Shown piece after piece: positions 27,547-37,591 of a DNA stretch of 64,000 nucleotides (its first letter is position 1; each line of letters starts with the position of its first letter). The notes under the pieces are model-generated. The model did not search any database, had not been told where the DNA came from, and saw only the letters and a list, made by a program, of their open reading frames with translations. The DNA is taken from positions 27,325-91,324 of the forward strand of contig JACONG010000004.1 of the NCBI GenBank assembly GCA_014323865.1, read 5' to 3'. A program made the translations under genes and the position numbers. Source of the stretch: Rhodospirillales bacterium. GTDB lineage: Bacteria > Pseudomonadota > Alphaproteobacteria > SP197.

Positions 27547-30053
27547 CCGGCCTCGTCCCGCGGCTCGCGCGGCGCGATCTTCGGGGAGGCTGGAAGAGCT
27601 TCCGCTTGGCCTTGGTCGGCCTGGCGCTCGGCGTGGCGACCATCGCCAGCGTCGGCAGCTTCGGTGCCGGCCTGGTCGACGGTCTGCGCGAGAACGGCCG
27701 GGTCATTTTGGGTGGCGACATCGCGCTCCAGACCACCATGGTCGAGTTGACCGGGGAGCAGCGGCGCTGGCTCGCCGGCAAGGGTGACCTCTCGGCCACA
27801 GTCGACCTCAACGCCATGGCAACCGCTGCCGACCGCCAGCCCCTGCTGGTCAGCCTGCGCGCGGTCGACGATCTCTGGCCGCTCTACGGCGAACCGGGCC
27901 TGGAGCCCGCCATCACCAGGGACGCGGCGCTGGCGCGCCACGGCGATGCCTTTGGTGCCATCGCCGATCTCGGCTTCCTGGAACGCATGGACCTCGGGAT
28001 CGGCGACCGTTTCTCGCTCGGCGCAATCGACTTCGTGGTCGCGGCCGAACTGATCGCCGAGCCGGACCGGGCGAGCGCACCCTTCCAGCTGGGTCCGCGC
28101 GTCATCGTCTCGGCCGAGGCCCTGGCCGAGACCGGGCTTGCCGGGCCCGGCAGCATGGTGCGCCATCTGACCCGCCTGCGTCTGCCTGAGACCACGACAC
28201 TGTTGGCTTTCTCCGGCGATCTCGCGGCGATCTTCCCGGATGCCGGCTGGCGCGTGCGCAGCCATGAGGATGCCAACCCCCAGCTTCGACGCTTCCTTGA
28301 GGGTCTGCGGATGTTCATCACGCTGGTCGGGCTGGCCGCGCTGCTGGTTGGCGGCATAGGCATCGCCAGCGCGGTCTCGACTTATCTGGAACGCAAGACC
28401 GGCACGGTCGCGATCCTGAAGTCGCTCGGTGCTTCGGCCGGGCTGATCTTTGCGGTCTATCTGTTCGAGGTCGCCGTCATGGCGTCGATCGGTGTTGTTC
28501 TGGGATTGGTCGCCGGCGCAGGCCTGCCGCTTCTGGTGGGAGAACTGGTGCGCGCGGCACTGCCGGTGCCGGTCGAGATCGGGATCTATCCTGTCCCGCT
28601 CCTTCTGGCCTCGGCTTACGGCATGTTGACGGCGATCGTCTTTGCGTTGCTGCCCCTGGCGCGCACCCGCGGCATTACGCCCGCCGCGCTGTTCCGCGAC
28701 CGGATCGCACCATTGGGCACCGCCCGGACGCGCGACATCGTTGTCGTCGCCCTGCTCGTCGCGGTGCTTGCGGGCCTTGCGGTGGGCGCCTCGGACGACC
28801 GTCTGCTCGCCACACTCTTCATCGGTGGAGCCGCGCTCGCGTTCGTGCTCTTCCGTCTCGCTGGCCTTGCCATCATGGCCGCCGCGCGCCTGGCCGGACG
28901 GCCCCGGCGGCTCTCCTGGCGAATGGCGCTGGCCAATCTCTGCCGCACTGGCGCGGCGACGCCGCGGGTGACCGTCGCGTTCGGCATCGGCCTGACCGTG
29001 CTGACCGCCGTGGCCGGCGTGCAGGGCAACCTGCGCCACGAGATCGGCGAGACCCTGCCCCGGGATGCCCCCGCGTTCTTCTTCATCGACATCCAGCCCG
29101 ACCAGATCGAACCGTTCCGCGCGATCGCCGCATCGACCCCCGGCGTCGTCGACGTGCAGTCGGTCCCGAGCCTGCGGGGCCGGATCACGGCCATCGACAG
29201 CGTGCCCGTCGCCGAAGCGGCGATCGCCCCGGACGCACGCTGGTCGGTCGAGGGCGACCGGGGTGTGACCTACACGGCAACGCCGGTCGAGGGGGCCGAA
29301 CTGGTCGCGGGTTCGTGGTGGCCCGAGGATTACAGCGGGCCGCCCTTGCTGTCGTTTGACGCCGAACTCGCCGCGGGCTACGGGCTGGAGATCGGCGATA
29401 CGCTGACCGTCAACATCCTCGGCCGCGAGATCACCGCCGAGATCGCCAACCTGCGGCGGATCGACTGGACGACCATGGGCATCAACTTCACCCTGGTCTA
29501 CGCGCCGGGCTTCCTCGAGAGCGCGCCCCACACGCACATTGCCACGGTCTATGCGGAGCGTACCGCCGAGTCGCCCCTGCGCGGTGCGGTCGCCCGGGCC
29601 TTTCCCAATGTCTCGGCGATCGGCGTGCGCGACGTGCTCGACGATGTGCTGGCCATTCTGGGCAGGATTGACGCAGCCATCGGCGGCATCGCCGCCCTGG
29701 CGCTGGTCGCGGGCGTGGTCGTGCTGGCCGAATCGATTGCCGCCGCCCAGCGTCGGCGGCTCTATGACTCCGTCGTGATGAAGGTCCTGGGCGCGAGCCG
29801 GGGACTGCTCGCCACCGTCTTCACCCTGGAACACCTGCTGCTCGGGTTCGCCACGTCAGCCCTCGCGCTCTGCGCCGGCACCGTGGCGGCCTGGGCGGTC
29901 GTGCGATACGTGCTCTTCACCGCCTGGACGATGCCATGGGGCCCCGTCCTGGCGATCGGTGCGCTCGCGATGACCGTCTCGCTCATCGCAGGCCTGGTTG
30001 CCAGCTGGCGGGCTCTTTCACCGCCTGCGGCCTCGGTTTTGCGTGCAGAATGA
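27543..30053 (+). CDS. ybbP: ABC transporter permease, FtsX-like (YbbP-type, two FtsX domains)
   Basis: 836 aa with multiple TM clusters. It overlaps the ybbA stop, and synteny with the tesA-like gene supports the call. Confidence 0.75.
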   Translation: MTGLVPRLARRDLRGGWKSFRLALVGLALGVATIASVGSFGAGLVDGLRENGRVILGGDIALQTTMVELTGEQRRWLAGKGDLSATVDLNAMATAADRQPLLVSLRAVDDLWPLYGEPGLEPAITRDAALARHGDAFGAIADLGFLERMDLGIGDRFSLGAIDFVVAAELIAEPDRASAPFQLGPRVIVSAEALAETGLAGPGSMVRHLTRLRLPETTTLLAFSGDLAAIFPDAGWRVRSHEDANPQLRRFLEGLRMFITLVGLAALLVGGIGIASAVSTYLERKTGTVAILKSLGASAGLIFAVYLFEVAVMASIGVVLGLVAGAGLPLLVGELVRAALPVPVEIGIYPVPLLLASAYGMLTAIVFALLPLARTRGITPAALFRDRIAPLGTARTRDIVVVALLVAVLAGLAVGASDDRLLATLFIGGAALAFVLFRLAGLAIMAAARLAGRPRRLSWRMALANLCRTGAATPRVTVAFGIGLTVLTAVAGVQGNLRHEIGETLPRDAPAFFFIDIQPDQIEPFRAIAASTPGVVDVQSVPSLRGRITAIDSVPVAEAAIAPDARWSVEGDRGVTYTATPVEGAELVAGSWWPEDYSGPPLLSFDAELAAGYGLEIGDTLTVNILGREITAEIANLRRIDWTTMGINFTLVYAPGFLESAPHTHIATVYAERTAESPLRGAVARAFPNVSAIGVRDVLDDVLAILGRIDAAIGGIAALALVAGVVVLAESIAAAQRRRLYDSVVMKVLGASRGLLATVFTLEHLLLGFATSALALCAGTVAAWAVVRYVLFTAWTMPWGPVLAIGALAMTVSLIAGLVASWRALSPPAASVLRAE

Positions 30054-30178
30054 GCAAGAACCGTCATATTCTGCAGTTCGAATTGCCTTGACGGCGGGCA
30101 ACTCGCCATCCACATAGATACCCGAACTGGTCCGGTCCAAGCTCGGCCAGAAGGCAAAACTAGAGAGGGTTCAGAACA

Positions 30179-30940
30179 ATGGCGTTCGGGAACGTCGATC
30201 CGCGCACGGCAAGCCATACGCAATCCGGTGTCCTTTACGATGAGGGCCTGCGGAGCTATATGCTGCGCGTCTACAACTACATGGGCGTGGGCCTTGCGAT
30301 CACGGGCATCCTGGCCTTCGTGACCGCGCAGCTTTCGGTCGTCACCAACGACGCCGGCCAGATCGTGGGTCTGACCTCGCTCGGCAACATGCTTTATGCG
30401 AGCCCGCTGAAGTGGGTCGTCATGCTGGCACCGCTCGCCATCGTGTTCGCTTTCGCGGCGACCGTGAACAGGATGTCCGCCGTCATGGCCCAGGGTGTCT
30501 TCTGGCTCTTCGCCGGCCTGATGGGCGTGTCGCTCTCGTCGATCCTGATCGTCTTCACCTCCGAGAGTGTGGCGCAGGTGTTCTTCATCACCGCCGCCAC
30601 CTTCGGTGCGATGAGCCTCTTCGGCTACACGACCAGGCGGTCGCTCGCGAACTGGGGTTCGTTCCTGTTCATGGGCCTGATCGGCATCATCATCGCGATG
30701 ATTGTCAACATCTTCATGCAGAGCGAGATGTTGCACTTCGTGATCTCGGTCATCGGCGTGCTCGTGTTCACCGGCCTGACGGCCTACGACACGCAGCGCA
30801 TCAAGGAGAGCTACAGCGTCCACATGTCGGGCGAGATGGCGAGCAAGTCAGCCATACACGGCGCGCTGCGTCTCTATCTCGACTTCATCAACCTCTTCGT
30901 CATGCTGATCCAGCTTCTGGGCGTCGCCCGCGGCGAGTGA
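30179..30940 (+). CDS. Bax inhibitor-1/YccA family membrane protein
   Basis: 253 aa. ...YMLRVYNYMGVGLAITGILAFV... with seven hydrophobic segments; typical of the BI-1 family. Confidence 0.8.
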   Translation: MAFGNVDPRTASHTQSGVLYDEGLRSYMLRVYNYMGVGLAITGILAFVTAQLSVVTNDAGQIVGLTSLGNMLYASPLKWVVMLAPLAIVFAFAATVNRMSAVMAQGVFWLFAGLMGVSLSSILIVFTSESVAQVFFITAATFGAMSLFGYTTRRSLANWGSFLFMGLIGIIIAMIVNIFMQSEMLHFVISVIGVLVFTGLTAYDTQRIKESYSVHMSGEMASKSAIHGALRLYLDFINLFVMLIQLLGVARGE

Positions 30941-31295
30941 TCGCAGACGAAGCATGATCCCGAAGGGCCCGGTGACAACACCGGGTCCTTTGTCTTGTCG
31001 GATCGCCCGCACGCATACGCATCGGAAATTCCTGGCGACGAGGATCGCGGCTGCGACGAAGGCAAGCCGTTGGATCGCCTCCTTGAGGACACCTCTCCAG
31101 CCTTCGAGCAGCCACAGGATGCAGGTTCTGATCGCCATCCGGCCGGCAGGGAACACACGATTGCCGGAGCGCGGCCTGTGCTCGTCGTCATTCCTGTGAT
31201 CGTGCCTGTGATCTCGTGCATGAGACGCTTTCGAAGCCTGACAACACCGCTCGGGTCGGCTACAAGCGCGCCCGTTACGTCGAGTTGGAGTTCCT

Positions 31296-32144
31296 GTGTC
31301 GCATGATTTTCTGCGGATGTCGGCCATGCCCTGGCGCATAGCGGCCGCCGCGCTCGTGGGCTGCGGCGTGACAGCCGCCGGTCTGATCGCCGTGCAGCGC
31401 TCCCTGATCTACCAGAGTGGCCGGGAAGCGCCCGAGATCGAACGCTCGGCCATTCCGGGCTTCCGGGAGGTCACCGTCACGACCGCCGACGGTCTCGATC
31501 TCATTGCCTGGTATCTCGGGGCGTCCGACGGCAAGCCGGTCATCGTCATGTTCCACGGGAACGCCGGTCACATCGGTCATCGCACGGGCAAGCTGGCGGC
31601 CCTGGCCGAGGCCGGTCACGGCCTCTTCCTCATGGAGTATCGGGGCTACGGCGGCAATCCCGGCAAGCCCGACGAAGACGGCCTCTATGCCGACGGACGG
31701 GCCGCACTCGACTGGCTGGCGGCAGAGGGCATCGCGGGTGACGGGATCGTCGTTTACGGCGAATCGCTCGGCACCGGCGTCGCTGTGGCCATGGCGGCCG
31801 AACACGACATTGCCGCCCTGGTTCTGGAGGCTCCCTTCGATTCCCTCGCCAGCGTGGCCGGCCATCATTACTGGTTCGTGCCGTTTGCCGGCCATGCGGT
31901 GTTCGACCGTTATGCCTCCGACGAAAAGATCGCCGGGATCGGTGCACCGGTTCTGATGATGCACGGCACGAAGGATCCGACGATCCCGCTCAAGTTCGCC
32001 GAGGCGCTCCATGAGGCGGCGGTCGAACCCAGGGAGCTCTGGATCGCGCCCGAAGCCGGACACAACGATCTCTACGATCATGGTGCCGCCGAGGTTGTTC
32101 TCGACTTCCTCGGCACCCATGTGGGGAACAACCCCGCAAACTGA
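31296..32144 (+). CDS. Alpha/beta hydrolase (BEM46/lysophospholipase-like)
   Basis: N-terminal TM helix followed by VIVMFHGNAGHIGHR, the nucleophile elbow VVYGESLGTG, and a C-terminal HGTKDPTIP...GHND block. Confidence 0.7.
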   Translation: MSHDFLRMSAMPWRIAAAALVGCGVTAAGLIAVQRSLIYQSGREAPEIERSAIPGFREVTVTTADGLDLIAWYLGASDGKPVIVMFHGNAGHIGHRTGKLAALAEAGHGLFLMEYRGYGGNPGKPDEDGLYADGRAALDWLAAEGIAGDGIVVYGESLGTGVAVAMAAEHDIAALVLEAPFDSLASVAGHHYWFVPFAGHAVFDRYASDEKIAGIGAPVLMMHGTKDPTIPLKFAEALHEAAVEPRELWIAPEAGHNDLYDHGAAEVVLDFLGTHVGNNPAN

Positions 32145-32156
32145 GCCCTGCGTCTC

Positions 32157-33077
32157 GTGCTCCGGACCAGCCTTGCCACACCGCGCCAACGCATCCTCGC
32201 CATTGTCGAGGACCGGCGCTTCACGCGCACGATCACCGTGCTGATCATGATCAACGCGATCCTGCTGGGGCTGGAGACGGTGCCTTCGGTGATGACCCCC
32301 TGGGGTTGGCTGATCGTCGGGCTCGACACCGTGATCCTTGCCATCTTCGTGTTCGAGATTGCGCTGCGCATGATTGCCCACGGCAAGGTCTTCTGGCGCG
32401 ATCCCTGGAGCCTCTTCGACACCGCCGTGGTCGCCGTCGCGCTCGTGCCTTCGGGCGGATCGCTCTCGGTCCTGCGCGCCCTGAGGATCCTGCGTGTGCT
32501 GCGTCTGATCTCCGTCGTGCCGCGCTTGCGGAAGGTGGTCGAGACGCTGATGCGCTCGCTGCCGGGCATGGGCTCGATCGCCCTGTTGCTCGTCATGCTG
32601 TTCTATGTCTTCGCGGTGATGGCCACCAAGCTCTTCGGCCAGAACTTCCCCGAGTGGTTCGGCTCGATCGGTCAGTCGATGTACTCGCTCTTCCAGATCA
32701 TGACGCTGGAGAGCTGGTCGATGGGCATCGTGCGCCCGGTCATGGCGGTTCACCCCATGGCCTGGGCCTTCTTCGTGCCCTTCATCCTGGTCGTCAGCTT
32801 CGCTGTGCTGAACCTCTTCATCGCCGTCGTTGTCGACTCGATGCAGCAGGTTCACCAGGAAGAGCAGGACAGCCTGATCAAGAGCGCCGAGGAGATTGCC
32901 CAGCGCGAGCGCGCCGCCCTGCACGACGACATCCGCACCCTGCGCGAGGAAATCAGCCACTTGCGCGCCGACCTCGACCGCAGGGACGATCGCGCCGCCC
33001 GCTCCAGCGGGTCATACCGGGCAGGACCCGCAAGGCCGCCGATCCGGGTGCCCGGGAGCCCCGAACCTGACGGTTGA
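32157..33077 (+). CDS. Voltage-gated sodium channel, bacterial NaChBac/BacNaV type (single 6TM domain)
   Basis: S4 helix RALRILRVLRLISVVPRLR (Arg every third residue). Pore/selectivity filter LFQIMTLESWSMGI (TLESW is the NaChBac signature). The C-terminal coiled-coil-like tail is rich in E/R. Confidence 0.7.
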   Translation: MLRTSLATPRQRILAIVEDRRFTRTITVLIMINAILLGLETVPSVMTPWGWLIVGLDTVILAIFVFEIALRMIAHGKVFWRDPWSLFDTAVVAVALVPSGGSLSVLRALRILRVLRLISVVPRLRKVVETLMRSLPGMGSIALLLVMLFYVFAVMATKLFGQNFPEWFGSIGQSMYSLFQIMTLESWSMGIVRPVMAVHPMAWAFFVPFILVVSFAVLNLFIAVVVDSMQQVHQEEQDSLIKSAEEIAQRERAALHDDIRTLREEISHLRADLDRRDDRAARSSGSYRAGPARPPIRVPGSPEPDG

Positions 33078-33123
33078 GGTCCCGGCTCGCGCTTCGCTTG
33101 GCCGGGCTGACACGATCCCGGGT

Positions 33124-34008
33124 CTAGGAACCCGCTCGCCACGCGGCCAGCGCCCGGTCGAAGCGGTCGCGGTTTTCGGCCGTGTAGGCGACGTAGTCGA
33201 CATCAAGGTCGGAATGGACCTCCTGAACCATCGACCACATGGCCTCGCGCAAGAGCGAGGCACACATCATCGCACCCAGGCGGCGGCGATCCGCTTCGGT
33301 CACCTCGCGGTCCAGCAGCAGCGCCATCAGCCGGTCGCACGGGCCTGCATCGAGCTGGTTGTTCGAGGCCAGGTTGGCGATGTCGAAGAGCGGCGTGTCG
33401 TAGCCCGCATACTCCCAGTCGACCAGCCACAGGCGGCTGCCGTCGTCGATGAAGTTCGCGGGCAGAAGATCGTTGTGGCAGAGCGCCAGTTCGACCGGCC
33501 CGAGCGCCGTCTCGAGTTCATCGGCGATCGCCATCAGCCCGGGCACATCGTCCTTCAGGCGATGGTCGTCGTCGATCATGCGATGGCCGTAGTCACGCAC
33601 GACATGAAACACCCAGAAGAGCGGTGCCCGGCCACGCAGGTGCCGCGCGCCCTCATCATGCAGCCGGCGCAGCAAATCGGTGATGCGTTCGAGGTTCGCG
33701 TGTTCCCGAACGTCGTCTTCGCCGAAGGTCTTGCCGTCGATCCAGTCCAGAACCAGGGCACCCCTGGCGGTGAATACCACGGCGGGCGCCACGCCGACCG
33801 CCTGGGCCGCGCGGCTGCACGCGGTCTCGTATGTTCGGCGGATGCCATGGACGGGAATGTTCCCGCCGATGCGGACCATGTAGCTCCTGTCGGCATCGTC
33901 GATGCGGAAATTCGTGTTGGTGATGCCGCCCGGGACCGGTTGCGGATCGACCGGCCCGCTCCAGCACGGCAGGGCGGCGGCCTTTGCGGCGGCGTCATCA
34001 ATCGACAT
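33124..34008 (-). CDS. Choline/ethanolamine-kinase-like aminoglycoside-phosphotransferase-fold protein (LicA-like)
   Basis: GGITNTNFRIDD (nucleotide-binding), HNDLLPANFIDD (catalytic HxDxxxxN) and WEYAGYD (Brenner motif-like). Confidence 0.7.
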   Translation of the reverse strand: MSIDDAAAKAAALPCWSGPVDPQPVPGGITNTNFRIDDADRSYMVRIGGNIPVHGIRRTYETACSRAAQAVGVAPAVVFTARGALVLDWIDGKTFGEDDVREHANLERITDLLRRLHDEGARHLRGRAPLFWVFHVVRDYGHRMIDDDHRLKDDVPGLMAIADELETALGPVELALCHNDLLPANFIDDGSRLWLVDWEYAGYDTPLFDIANLASNNQLDAGPCDRLMALLLDREVTEADRRRLGAMMCASLLREAMWSMVQEVHSDLDVDYVAYTAENRDRFDRALAAWRAGS

Positions 34009-34214
34009 GGAGGCGGCTCCCGACGGTTTCAGATGCCCAATCTAGTCCGCCGCCGCAAGCCTTCAAGCGCCCGGGAACTCTGCTATAACAGCCTCGACTT
34101 CTGCGTTGGCGGACATCCATGGCGTTGCTGGCTCCCACGAACGAATGTTAGAAGCAATCTCAAGGCCCATATGGAGAAGGGCCGTCACGAACAACCTTTG
34201 AGGAAGGGCATGTC

Positions 34215-35621
34215 ATGAGTGACGACGTGAAAATGTGGGGTGAGGAGGCGTACTTCGGCATCGGCTACGAGTACGATCCGCAGTTTTTCCTGACCGACAG
34301 GCAGAAAGGGATTCAGAAGGACCTGATCGAGCTGTGCCGCACGACGCTGAGCGTCAACGCGATCGAGTCCGACAAGGGTTACATCTTCCCGCGCAAGAAC
34401 TTCGAGGCGCTGGCATCCAGGGGTCTGCTCGGCCTCTTCGTTCCCGAAGAGCTCGGCGGCATGGGCGAGAACCATGTCTGCATGGCGATGGTCGTCGAGA
34501 CCGTCGCGCGCTACGGCTGCCCGTCGACCGCCATGTGCCTGACCATGCACTACGGCGCCTGCTCGGCGGCGCTGTTCCGCTACCACGACAATCCCGCGAT
34601 CCAGGACATCATGCGCCGGATCGACAGGGACTGCCTGATCGGCACCCTGAGCTACTCCGACCCCGAGACCGGTTCGCACTTCTGGTATCCGATCTCGTCG
34701 GGTGCCGAGGAAACCGAAGACGGCTGGAAGGTCATGAAGAAGGCCTCGTGGACGACCTCGGGCGGCTTCGCCGACTGGTACGTTGTGCAGACCACGAGCC
34801 CCGGCTTCGGCGGTGACTTCTCCGATCTCTCGGTCTGGCTGATCATGGCCGACGAGGTGCAGGCCGATGTGGCCGGCTGGGATGGCATGGGTATGCGCGG
34901 CAACCAGTCCGGCGCGCTTCTGGTCGACAACGTCACCATTCCTAGGAACCGCATGGTCGGTCCGAAGGGCGACGGCGCGGTCTCGAACGACGAGACGGTC
35001 GACCCGTTTTTCCTGATCAACTCGTCCTGCGCCTGGAACGGCATCGGCATGGCGATGATCGATCTCGCCAAGCGCCACACCACCCGCAAGCGCCACGTCG
35101 ACGTCGGTCTTCGGGTTTGTGACTACCCGACCATCCAGGACTATATCGGCGAAGCGATCATCGGCACCAATGCCAGCCGCATGAACGTCTTCGGCATGGC
35201 CAGGGCTCTCGATGAGCTGACCGACAACTGCGACTGGTCGATGCACAGCGATCTGGAGGCTGTGCCGCGTTCGGCGCTGCTGAACCAGCTCTGGCAGATC
35301 AAGTTCCAGGCGGCCAAGCAGGTCCACGAGACCTCCGACAAGATGCTGCACGCCTGCGGCGGCACTGCCTACAAGGCGGGCCTGGGCATGGAGCGCCTGC
35401 TGCGTGACGCCAAGGCCGGCTGGGTCATGGGCCCGACAAACGAGGTGCTGCGCCAGTTCGTCGGCAAACACGCGCTGCTCGGCTTCGACTCGCTCGACTA
35501 CTGGAATACCGCGATCAACCACCGTTCGATCGATAACGAGGTCAGGAAGATGTCGCCCGACGAGAAGCGCGCCCTGGCCGACCGCCTGCTCTCGGAGGCC
35601 ACCGCGACCGCCGCCGAGTAA
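34215..35621 (+). CDS. Acyl-CoA dehydrogenase family protein
   Basis: 468 aa. The ACAD N-terminal, middle and C-terminal signature regions are all present (e.g. GLLGLFVPEELGGMG; the catalytic-base region near ...CGGTAYKAG). Confidence 0.8.
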   Translation: MSDDVKMWGEEAYFGIGYEYDPQFFLTDRQKGIQKDLIELCRTTLSVNAIESDKGYIFPRKNFEALASRGLLGLFVPEELGGMGENHVCMAMVVETVARYGCPSTAMCLTMHYGACSAALFRYHDNPAIQDIMRRIDRDCLIGTLSYSDPETGSHFWYPISSGAEETEDGWKVMKKASWTTSGGFADWYVVQTTSPGFGGDFSDLSVWLIMADEVQADVAGWDGMGMRGNQSGALLVDNVTIPRNRMVGPKGDGAVSNDETVDPFFLINSSCAWNGIGMAMIDLAKRHTTRKRHVDVGLRVCDYPTIQDYIGEAIIGTNASRMNVFGMARALDELTDNCDWSMHSDLEAVPRSALLNQLWQIKFQAAKQVHETSDKMLHACGGTAYKAGLGMERLLRDAKAGWVMGPTNEVLRQFVGKHALLGFDSLDYWNTAINHRSIDNEVRKMSPDEKRALADRLLSEATATAAE

Positions 35622-35630
35622 GGCGTCCGA

Positions 35631-35660
35631 CAGATATTCACAGATATTCACAGATATTCA
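35631..35660. repeat. Perfect 10-bp tandem repeat cagatattca x3
   Basis: Read directly from the sequence. It sits immediately after the ACAD stop, before the terminator hairpin and the IS left end. Confidence 0.9.
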
Positions 35661-35661
35661 G

Positions 35662-35695
35662 GGGCCGGTTCGAAAGGGCCGGCCCTCTTTACTTT
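35662..35695 (+). terminator. Rho-independent terminator candidate downstream of the acyl-CoA dehydrogenase gene
   Basis: GC stem gggccgg / ccggccc with a roughly 10-nt loop, followed by tctttacttt. Confidence 0.45.
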
Positions 35696-35777
35696 GGGGG
35701 ATTATAGGGAATAGTGCCATTTTCTTGTTGTCCCCGGCCCGAACTCGTCATAGGGTAGTGCCAATAGAGGACGAGCG

Positions 35778-36740
35778 ATGAGCAACAAAGCATCGGGCAA
35801 AGCCTACCGCAAGGGCATCAGCCTCAAGAAGCTGGGCAAGATGTTTCCGGACGACGACAAGGCGCGGGAGTGGCTCGAAAAGCAGATATGGCCGGACGGG
35901 CCGCACTGTCCGCATTGCGGGTCGTTCAATGTCCAGTGCGGGATCGCGCACAAGACGATGACGCATCGCTGCCGGGACTGCCCGAACCGGCCGCGTTTCA
36001 GCCTCAAGATGGGGACCATCATGCAGGCGTCGAACCTTGGCTATCGGGATTGGGCCATCGCCATCTACCTTCTGACGACGAACCTCAAGAGCGTGTCGGC
36101 CATGAAGCTGCACCGCGACTTGGAAATCTCCTATACCAGCGCATGGCATTTGGCGCACAGGCTTCGGGAAGCGTTCGCGGGCGACGCCGCCGCGCCCTTC
36201 CACGGCCCCGCCGAGACGGATGAGACCTACATGGGCGGGAAGCGGAAGAATATGAGCAAGGCAAAGCGGGCCGAGCTCAAGGAGGAAGGCGCGGGCCGGG
36301 GAACGGTGGGGAAGACCATCGTGGCCGGCGTGAAGGACCGAGAGACAGGCCAGATTGTCGCCCGTAAGGTTCCGGGAACGGACAAGCCTACGCTGCAAGC
36401 CTTCGTGCGGGAGAATGTCGAGGAAGGCGCGACGTTCTACACCGATGAGCATGGCGCTTACACCGGAATGCCGGAATACGACCACGAGGCCGTGAACCAC
36501 AGCGTCGGGGAATATGTCCGCGACATGGCACACACGAACGGCATTGCGTCGTTCTGGTCGATGCTGAAGCGGGGTTATCAGGGAACCTTCCACCACTTCA
36601 GCGAAAAGCACATGGACCGCTACATCGGGGAGTTTGCGGGGCGGCACAATATCCGCGAGGCGGACACCGAAGACATGATGGCGGCCATTGCCCGGCAGGG
36701 TGTCGGCAAGCGGCGGCGCTACGCGGACTTGATCGCATGA
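35778..36740 (+). CDS. IS1595-family transposase (N-terminal zinc-ribbon plus DDE domain)
   Basis: 320 aa. HCPHCGS...CRDCPNRPRF zinc-ribbon, ISXO2-like core, DDE-type residues; architecture and length match IS1595-family Tnp. Confidence 0.75.
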   Translation: MSNKASGKAYRKGISLKKLGKMFPDDDKAREWLEKQIWPDGPHCPHCGSFNVQCGIAHKTMTHRCRDCPNRPRFSLKMGTIMQASNLGYRDWAIAIYLLTTNLKSVSAMKLHRDLEISYTSAWHLAHRLREAFAGDAAAPFHGPAETDETYMGGKRKNMSKAKRAELKEEGAGRGTVGKTIVAGVKDRETGQIVARKVPGTDKPTLQAFVRENVEEGATFYTDEHGAYTGMPEYDHEAVNHSVGEYVRDMAHTNGIASFWSMLKRGYQGTFHHFSEKHMDRYIGEFAGRHNIREADTEDMMAAIARQGVGKRRRYADLIA

Positions 36741-37591
36741 TGCTGGCAACGGCGGAAACACCCCTGTTTGACGAGCTTGCACCATCCACTACCGTTCTGA
36801 ACGGAGACTGCCGCGAAGCCCTGAAAAGTGTCGCAGAGTCTTCTATTCAGTGTTGTGTCACGTCTCCCCCTTATTGGGGGTTGCGGGACTATGAACACGA
36901 GGCGCAAATCGGATCGGAAGATTCGCCGGTCGAGTATATTGAAAACCTTGTTGAGGTGTTTCAAGAAGTTCGGCGAGTGCTGCGGGATGACGGTCTGGTA
37001 TGGCTTAATCTCGGGGACGGATACGCTCGCAACGGCGGCACGGGTAAGCACGGCCCGAATGCCATAGTTGGCAACACGCGCAAGATGATCCAGCGCCGGA
37101 ATTGCAAGGTTCCGCCAGTCTGGGGCCTTAAGCCGCTCGACCTGATGGGCCTTCCCTGGCGGGTTGCTTTTGCGCTACAGGAAGACGGCTGGTTCTTGCG
37201 CTCGCATATTACATGGGTAAAGACTGCGCCTATGCCGGAGAGTGTTAAAAACCGGCCTACACGCTCGACCGAAGACATTTTTCTGCTGTCAGCTTCCCCC
37301 AAATATTTCTACAACTCGAATGGCGTCCGACAGGATTCCGGCGCTAACCTTCGGAACTGTTGGGTCATCGGCCCTGACGGCAATAGTGCGGGTCATCCGG
37401 CTGCGTTTCCGCGCGAACTTGCGCGGCGGTGCATATTGCTTGGTTCCCGAATCGGGGATACCGTTTTAGACCCTTTTGGAGGATGCGGAACAGCAGGGGT
37501 TGTCGCCAAAAGCTTAAGTCGCGATTCCGTTCTGGTGGAAATCTCGAAAAAGTGGAGCGACGTAATCGAGAGCCAGGTCAATGGCTCGTAA
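36737..37591 (+). CDS. DNA methyltransferase, beta-class amino-MTase (N4-cytosine or N6-adenine), SPPY motif
   Basis: Motif IV CCVTSPPYWGLRDY lies at the N-terminus and motif I VLDPFGGCGTAG at the C-terminus, the beta-class circular permutation. There is an ATGA overlap with the transposase stop. Confidence 0.8.
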   Translation: MMLATAETPLFDELAPSTTVLNGDCREALKSVAESSIQCCVTSPPYWGLRDYEHEAQIGSEDSPVEYIENLVEVFQEVRRVLRDDGLVWLNLGDGYARNGGTGKHGPNAIVGNTRKMIQRRNCKVPPVWGLKPLDLMGLPWRVAFALQEDGWFLRSHITWVKTAPMPESVKNRPTRSTEDIFLLSASPKYFYNSNGVRQDSGANLRNCWVIGPDGNSAGHPAAFPRELARRCILLGSRIGDTVLDPFGGCGTAGVVAKSLSRDSVLVEISKKWSDVIESQVNGS

